DNA from: a virus
Direction: 5' to 3' (one strand)
DNA: 11,164 bases
Virus genome (UHGV): UHGV-0778032
This document shows, piece by piece, positions 6,697-11,164 of this stretch. Below the pieces are notes generated by a model that saw only the letters and a program-made list of their open reading frames with translations, ran no database searches and was not told where the DNA came from. Position numbers and translations under genes: made by a program. Every line of letters begins with the position of its first letter. The first letter of the stretch is position 1.

Positions 6697-8829
6697 TCAT
6701 TCTTCCTCTGGATAGCTTGAACTTAAGAGCATATCCTGCGTGAACTGGTCATTAGCCGATTGATTGAAAGTAAAGAAAGCTGGTTCATCCGGTCTAACAG
6801 TTGCTTCACCAGTGATATTAACTGATAAAGGCTTCTTAGTTTCTGCTGTTAAAGCGTCTACCTTGCGTGATAGTTCACTAATAGTCATTGCAAGTTGAGC
6901 ATTGCTATTAACCATGTCACCTGTGATAGCTGGTGGAGTTGATTGTGTGTTATTAACAAGGTTACTCATTGGCTCTTGGAAGTTAGCAATTTTATTAGCC
7001 GCACCATTAAACCAGTCAGCGATAGAACTACCAATCTTAGCCCATCCATCATTAATTTGATTTGGCTTAGATGAATCGCCTTTGTATTCAGGGTTGAAGT
7101 TTGTCTCTGTGCCAATACCTGATTGGTGTAAGTTCGGATTCTTAGCCGCTTCAGGGTTTAAATTATCAAGAGCAAAGTTCACCAACTCAGCATAAAGAAC
7201 AACTCTACCAACTTTATTTAGCGCACCACCTGAAGAACCAGCCTTGCCAGCTTTAGCTTTATTAACAGCATCACCGAATGAAGTAACAGCATTTGCAAGG
7301 TTTAACAAGCCTCCAGCTACATTTGCAGCCTTTTGAGCAGTAACAGCTACGGCAAGCATCTTCAAACCATCAATTAACCCATCAGATAAACCATCAACAA
7401 TTTTTTTCTGAGTGTCATTTAGTGAACGGTAAGCTAATGTCACCTCATCGAAGAATGCTCTTACCCTGTAGCTGATATCAGTCAATGAATCGACACCATG
7501 TGACATAGAAGTCATGAGACTACCAAGAGATTCACCAAGACTTTTACCACTTCCACCAAGAGCGTTTAAAAGCGTTGTTAAGCTTCTTGTAAAATCTTGC
7601 AGACCATCTTCAGAACCTCTGAAGATACTATCAAGCGTGGTATTCCAAGAGTTTTTCAGGTTCCCTAGTTGTGCCTGTGTACTTTCTGAAATAGCTTTCC
7701 AGCCACCTTTAGCGGTGATTTGTTTATTCAGTTCCTGAGTGACCTTCTGAAGAGTATCGGCAGATTTTAAAGCCCCCTTCTTCATGGCATCAAATAGCTC
7801 TTGTTCATTCCTTCCGGTTGCTTTAGCGAATACCTGAACCATACCAGGAACAGCTTCAGCTAATTGCCCCTTAAGCTCTTCAGCCATAACCTGACCCTTA
7901 CCAGCCATCTGTGATAATGCTGTCAGTGCTCGCTTAATCTCTTCTTCACTTCTCCCCATCAGACGAGCATAGCCAATCATATTTTTAAAAAGTTCTTCAG
8001 AACCTTGAATACCCATAGACTCTTTAGCTGAAGCACCAAAACCAGCAAACTGTGATTGCAGTTCAGCGATATCTAAACCCGTTGTTTGAGCTAATGACTT
8101 TGTGAACTCTTTTACCTGACCTGCATCTTTATCAAATACGAAATCAATTGAACGCTCAGCACTTGCACGCTGTAAACCAATTTCCATAATCTTCTGATAA
8201 CTGGCTAATACAGCCTGCATTGAGATAAATGCACCTGCTGTTTTAACTGCTGCTGAAGACAGGTTATCAAGACTATTAGCTGTTCTGTCACCATTAATGC
8301 TGGTGGATGTATGACCTCTGGCTTTAGCAATTGCTTCTCTGACTGAAGCGTTTAACTGAGCTAACTTCTCATTGAATTTTGAAGAATCCATTGACCCGGC
8401 TTTAGCAGATAGCCCGTAAAACTGAGATTTGATGTATTTCTGCAAAATAGGGTCAAAGCCTTTTAGCTTAGACATATTAGCTGAATAAGCTGCTGTGATT
8501 GCTCTGTTGCCGCTAATTCGTGGCTGTCTCGGTTGTTTTGGAGGATTAACAGCATCGTTAACCTGACTTGTGAAACGGAAAACTTTTGTGTTTCTTGCTC
8601 TAGCTTCCAGACGGTCAAAGGTCTTATTAATTTTTCCTTCCATTGACTTCAAAGAACTTGTCAGATTGCTATCAAGTTGCCTTGTATTAATCTTGAAACC
8701 TTTGTTAAGGTTCTTTTCAATTCTTTGTGCTGACTGCAAAGCTGCCTTTTCAACTCTTTGCAAGCCCTTAATAACGTTTTCATTGAAGCCTAGCTCAACG
8801 ATAAAACTATCAACTTTAAATTGTGCCAT
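6697..8829 (-). CDS. Phage tail tape-measure-domain protein (710 aa)
   Basis: Long Ala/Gln/Leu/Ser-rich helical protein. The segment ...GRSEEEIKRALTALSQMAGKGQVMAEELKGQLAEAVPGMVQVFAKATGRNEQELFDAMKKGALKSADTL... matches my memory of the conserved tape-measure domain. ATG at 8829-8827 with GAGGTGA 9 nt upstream. Confidence 0.7.
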   Translation of the reverse strand: MAQFKVDSFIVELGFNENVIKGLQRVEKAALQSAQRIEKNLNKGFKINTRQLDSNLTSSLKSMEGKINKTFDRLEARARNTKVFRFTSQVNDAVNPPKQPRQPRISGNRAITAAYSANMSKLKGFDPILQKYIKSQFYGLSAKAGSMDSSKFNEKLAQLNASVREAIAKARGHTSTSINGDRTANSLDNLSSAAVKTAGAFISMQAVLASYQKIMEIGLQRASAERSIDFVFDKDAGQVKEFTKSLAQTTGLDIAELQSQFAGFGASAKESMGIQGSEELFKNMIGYARLMGRSEEEIKRALTALSQMAGKGQVMAEELKGQLAEAVPGMVQVFAKATGRNEQELFDAMKKGALKSADTLQKVTQELNKQITAKGGWKAISESTQAQLGNLKNSWNTTLDSIFRGSEDGLQDFTRSLTTLLNALGGSGKSLGESLGSLMTSMSHGVDSLTDISYRVRAFFDEVTLAYRSLNDTQKKIVDGLSDGLIDGLKMLAVAVTAQKAANVAGGLLNLANAVTSFGDAVNKAKAGKAGSSGGALNKVGRVVLYAELVNFALDNLNPEAAKNPNLHQSGIGTETNFNPEYKGDSSKPNQINDGWAKIGSSIADWFNGAANKIANFQEPMSNLVNNTQSTPPAITGDMVNSNAQLAMTISELSRKVDALTAETKKPLSVNITGEATVRPDEPAFFTFNQSANDQFTQDMLLSSSYPEEE

Positions 8830-8844
8830 TGTTCATATTTCACC

Positions 8845-8917
8845 TCTGTTAAGCGTGAGCTACGTAAAAAATAATTTTTGGTGGGTATATCTGTTCAGAA
8901 GATTTCACGTAGCACAC
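8845..8917 (-). repeat. Copy B of conserved 73-bp dyad element, immediately upstream of the tape-measure gene
   Basis: 71/73 identical to 6610-6682. Its gene-proximal end runs directly into the SD of the tape-measure gene. Confidence 0.9.
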
Positions 8918-8927
8918 ATACAAAAAA

Positions 8928-8964
8928 GGGAGAAACTACCGAATAATATCGATAATCTCTCCCC
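8928..8964 (-). terminator. Candidate terminator (minus strand) between the 71-aa gene and copy B
   Basis: GGGAGA (8928-8933) pairs with TCTCCC (8958-8963) and is followed on the minus strand by TTTTTTG. The loop is long (24 nt), so this is weak. Confidence 0.3.
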
Positions 8965-9012
8965 GTGTTATAGATTCGATAGAACCTATCTCATACACCC
9001 AACCAATCTTTT

Positions 9013-9228
9013 TTAATGCCTGACAAGATAATGTAGTTCCGTTTCACCTATAATTTGAGCATCGGAAGGGATACGGTCGATACACCACTTTGGAATCTTG
9101 CGTGTTTTTGGTTTGCGTGAGGTGATAATTTGATGTTTGGTTTTAATTCTTAAGGCTGGCTTAGTTTGTAACTTTAAGTTTTCACAAACAGACTTAATAG
9201 TTTCATAGCGTTCTGTTAAATCAATCAT
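9013..9228 (-). CDS. Hypothetical small basic protein (71 aa)
   Basis: ATG at 9228-9226 with GAGGTGA 4 nt upstream; Lys/Arg-rich middle; 22-nt gap from the upstream 234-aa gene suggests an operon. No family recognised. Confidence 0.5.
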   Translation of the reverse strand: MIDLTERYETIKSVCENLKLQTKPALRIKTKHQIITSRKPKTRKIPKWCIDRIPSDAQIIGETELHYLVRH

Positions 9229-9250
9229 TCATCACCTCACATATGCATAA

Positions 9251-9955
9251 TTAAACAGCCTTGCTAAATTCTCGTGGAACACTCAGAAAATCATTGAAGC
9301 TGATAATCTGTGCCAACTCTTGACGGTACTCCTTAGCCAGCGCTTGATGGTCACTAATCAGCTTAGCCAGTCTTGATTTCAGCAAATTAATCTCATTTTC
9401 TCTTGCTTTCATCAGTTTCTCTTTGGCAATTTCTTCAAGCTCAGCTTGTGATTTATCAGCAACAATTAGAGACAGTCGATGTGGTGCTCTGACAGCTCTT
9501 TCTGTACGAACAACTCTTTGACCTTCTGGTAAATCTGCAATCACTTTACCAATCTCTACAGGGTCATACCCCCAACCATCACGGTCTAGTCGAGAGAAAT
9601 AAGCATAAGAATTGGTTTGAAGCTCCATCAAAATAGCCATTTCGTCGATTTCGTCTTCAAGCTTGGACTGAATTTTCTCGTAAACACTTCTCATTGCTTC
9701 TTGAGAGTCTCGAAGGTCTTTGAAATATTTGCGTTGCAGCTTCAGTTTCAAATCAAGCTCACATTCCTCATTCATCGAAAAATCAATTTCAACTCTTGGA
9801 ATCTCGATTGGTTCTGGTGGAATATATGGACCTTTATTTACTTCGTGCGATTCCCGCCAAGCTCTATCAAAAGATTCACGCAAAGTTAATTCGTGAATAT
9901 CAAGTGCACTTGGTCTGTTCTCAACAATCATTTCGTGTTCATTACGAATGGACAT
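9251..9955 (-). CDS. Hypothetical protein (234 aa), charged and predicted helical
   Basis: ATG at 9955-9953 with AGAGGA 8 nt upstream. Long uninterrupted frame, Glu/Lys/Arg-rich with coiled-coil-like C-terminus. No family recognised. Confidence 0.6.
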   Translation of the reverse strand: MSIRNEHEMIVENRPSALDIHELTLRESFDRAWRESHEVNKGPYIPPEPIEIPRVEIDFSMNEECELDLKLKLQRKYFKDLRDSQEAMRSVYEKIQSKLEDEIDEMAILMELQTNSYAYFSRLDRDGWGYDPVEIGKVIADLPEGQRVVRTERAVRAPHRLSLIVADKSQAELEEIAKEKLMKARENEINLLKSRLAKLISDHQALAKEYRQELAQIISFNDFLSVPREFSKAV

Positions 9956-10093
9956 TAATATTTTCCTCTTCTAAGATAATTTATGTTTCAGTTTTTAAAA
10001 AGCACACCTGACATCCTACAAACTTAGAAGAGACTTAAAAGGCGGTTTGCCAAGTATGCTTTTTAAAAGCTGAAAAAAGCCCTAAACATAGGT

Positions 10094-10117
10094 GATTCGG
10101 ATATTCTAGGAATCATC
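10094..10117. repeat. Diverged inverted copy of the 3717-3747 site (GATTCGG-N4-TCTAGGAATCA)
   Basis: Shares GATTCGG plus an exact 11-mer TTCTAGGAATC (10104-10114) with the reverse complement of 3721-3747. Sits in the long intergenic region upstream of the 234-aa gene. Confidence 0.5.
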
Positions 10118-10214
10118 CTCATCTGTGAAGGGCTTTGAAGGTTTGCTTTAACGTTAACGAAGTTTCAGGAAAAACTTTCTTTAAAAGCTCTGTTTAAAAA
10201 CTCTTAAAGAAAAC

Positions 10215-10235
10215 GCCCTAATCATGAGTTAGGGC
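10215..10235 (-). terminator. Candidate rho-independent terminator (minus strand)
   Basis: GCCCTAA-TCATGAG-TTAGGGC hairpin followed on the minus strand by GTTTTCTTT. Located about 300 nt downstream of the 143-aa ORF stop. Confidence 0.4.
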
Positions 10236-10539
10236 AAAGCTGTAAGGGTTCAATAATGAATGATTAAGCACTTTTTGAGATGACCTCTCAGACTAAACTG
10301 AAAGGCCATGACGAAAAGCATTGCACCTTTCCAATCAGAATATAGTTATCATCGATGTAGAGACGATTAATATTTTAATTCAAGGAGAATTGCTCTCCCT
10401 ATATATACAATTATGTCATGCTCAAGGTTATTTGTCAACAGCTTTTTAACAGATTGGTAACATCAATTCTTATTTACTGTGTTACCCATCCAGCAACCAA
10501 CAAATAACCCTAAAGCCGTCCAGAGAATAACGAGCGTCA

Positions 10540-10971
10540 TTACATAACCTCGCTGTAAGGGTTTAATTCCTGTTGAAAGGTCAGGAATACATTCAACTTC
10601 AATAGTTGCTCTGGGCTTAAATCAAGTCGATTGCACTCTTCAATGATAAAGCGCTTACTGTATGGGTCTGTTACTTCCAACTTGTGAACATAGTCACCAA
10701 GTTTAATTTCGTTGATGGTGCGTTTGTCGATATAACTTGAAGCTTCAAAGCAATGCAGGAAACAGATATTAAAGCCCGACCTGTTCAGGTCAATCAACCA
10801 ATTCATAGTTTCTTGGTCAACCATAATTTGCATTGGGTAATTGTTCATTTTTAGATTTCCCATAAAACACATCTCAGACCTCTTAAAATAGCCATTCTGA
10901 GGCCAGTAACCATGCGGGTTACAGAGGGAGTTGCACTGGCTGGTAAGGTAATTTATCAAATTAAGGTGCAA
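10540..10971 (-). CDS. Hypothetical protein (ORF-track 143 aa; likely 110 aa from internal ATG)
   Basis: The ORF-track start at 10971 is TTG with no SD. The in-frame ATG at 10872-10870 has AAGAGG 6 nt upstream and is the more plausible start. No family recognised. Confidence 0.5.
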   Translation of the reverse strand: MHLNLINYLTSQCNSLCNPHGYWPQNGYFKRSEMCFMGNLKMNNYPMQIMVDQETMNWLIDLNRSGFNICFLHCFEASSYIDKRTINEIKLGDYVHKLEVTDPYSKRFIIEECNRLDLSPEQLLKLNVFLTFQQELNPYSEVM

Positions 10972-10983
10972 CTCTGCCTGTAA

Positions 10984-11164
10984 AGTGCATTCTACCGTTA
11001 CTTAGATGGTTATTTTGAATTGTCTTTATTAATCAATGATTTAACTCGTAATGCTGAACTCTTCACACACCAGCAATTAAAATCCCGCTTCTCCAGATGG
11101 AAGAATGCACCAGCAGATACTGGTGATTTTGAGATTATCCATACCTTCGATTATGCCTCAGAAG
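10984..11164 (+). pseudogene. Start-less, promoter-less inverted partial copy of the left-edge gene
   Basis: Open + frame from the TAA at 10981-10983 to the window end. The last 42 codons are identical to codons 26-68 of the left-edge gene, but the 18 codons upstream differ and hold no ATG/GTG or SD. May be silent, or expressed only after rearrangement. Confidence 0.4.
11038..11164. repeat. Right copy of perfect 127-bp terminal inverted repeat (reverse complement of 1..127)
   Basis: Same comparison as the left copy; in frame within an open + strand frame that runs off the right edge. Confidence 0.95.

Noticed and set aside
7514-7738. 74-aa plus-strand ORF
   Set aside because: Embedded antisense in the tape-measure gene.
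8570-9016. 148-aa plus-strand ORF
   Set aside because: Overlaps the tape-measure N-terminus antisense and then runs through the 73-bp repeat and terminator-like hairpin; no SD.
9617-10011. Two plus-strand ORFs (90 and 71 aa)
   Set aside because: Embedded antisense in the 234-aa gene, with no translation signals.
1-11164. Window ends considered as attL/attR of an element integrated by the serine recombinase
   Set aside because: Serine-integrase att sites share only a short core and would not give a 127-bp inverted duplication; the recombinase gene is also central rather than terminal.

Overview
AT-rich 11,164-bp window that reads as a mosaic phage/mobile-element accessory region; all calls come from reading the sequence and the ORF track, with no database search run. 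Main content: a lambda-O-like replication initiator gene (815..1951, -) carrying four ~23-bp iterons and an AT-rich tract inside its own coding sequence; a phage-type Dam N6-adenine methyltransferase (2314..2976, -) with a resolvase-like C-terminal HTH; a 506-aa large serine recombinase (4210..5730, +) preceded by a 1.2-kb non-coding region with interleaved inverted repeats that share an AGTT junction; a tape-measure-domain protein (6697..8829, -) and its downstream gene, each preceded by a conserved 73-bp dyad element; and several small genes of unknown function. The most striking signal is that the first and last 127 bp of the window are perfect reverse complements, and both lie inside ORFs that read outward. 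The 10.9-kb interior is therefore bracketed by a coding inverted repeat: either a large invertible gene-switch or an assembly fold-back. No rRNA, tRNA or CRISPR array was seen. Several ORF-track starts are TTG/GTG and the true starts are probably internal ATGs.
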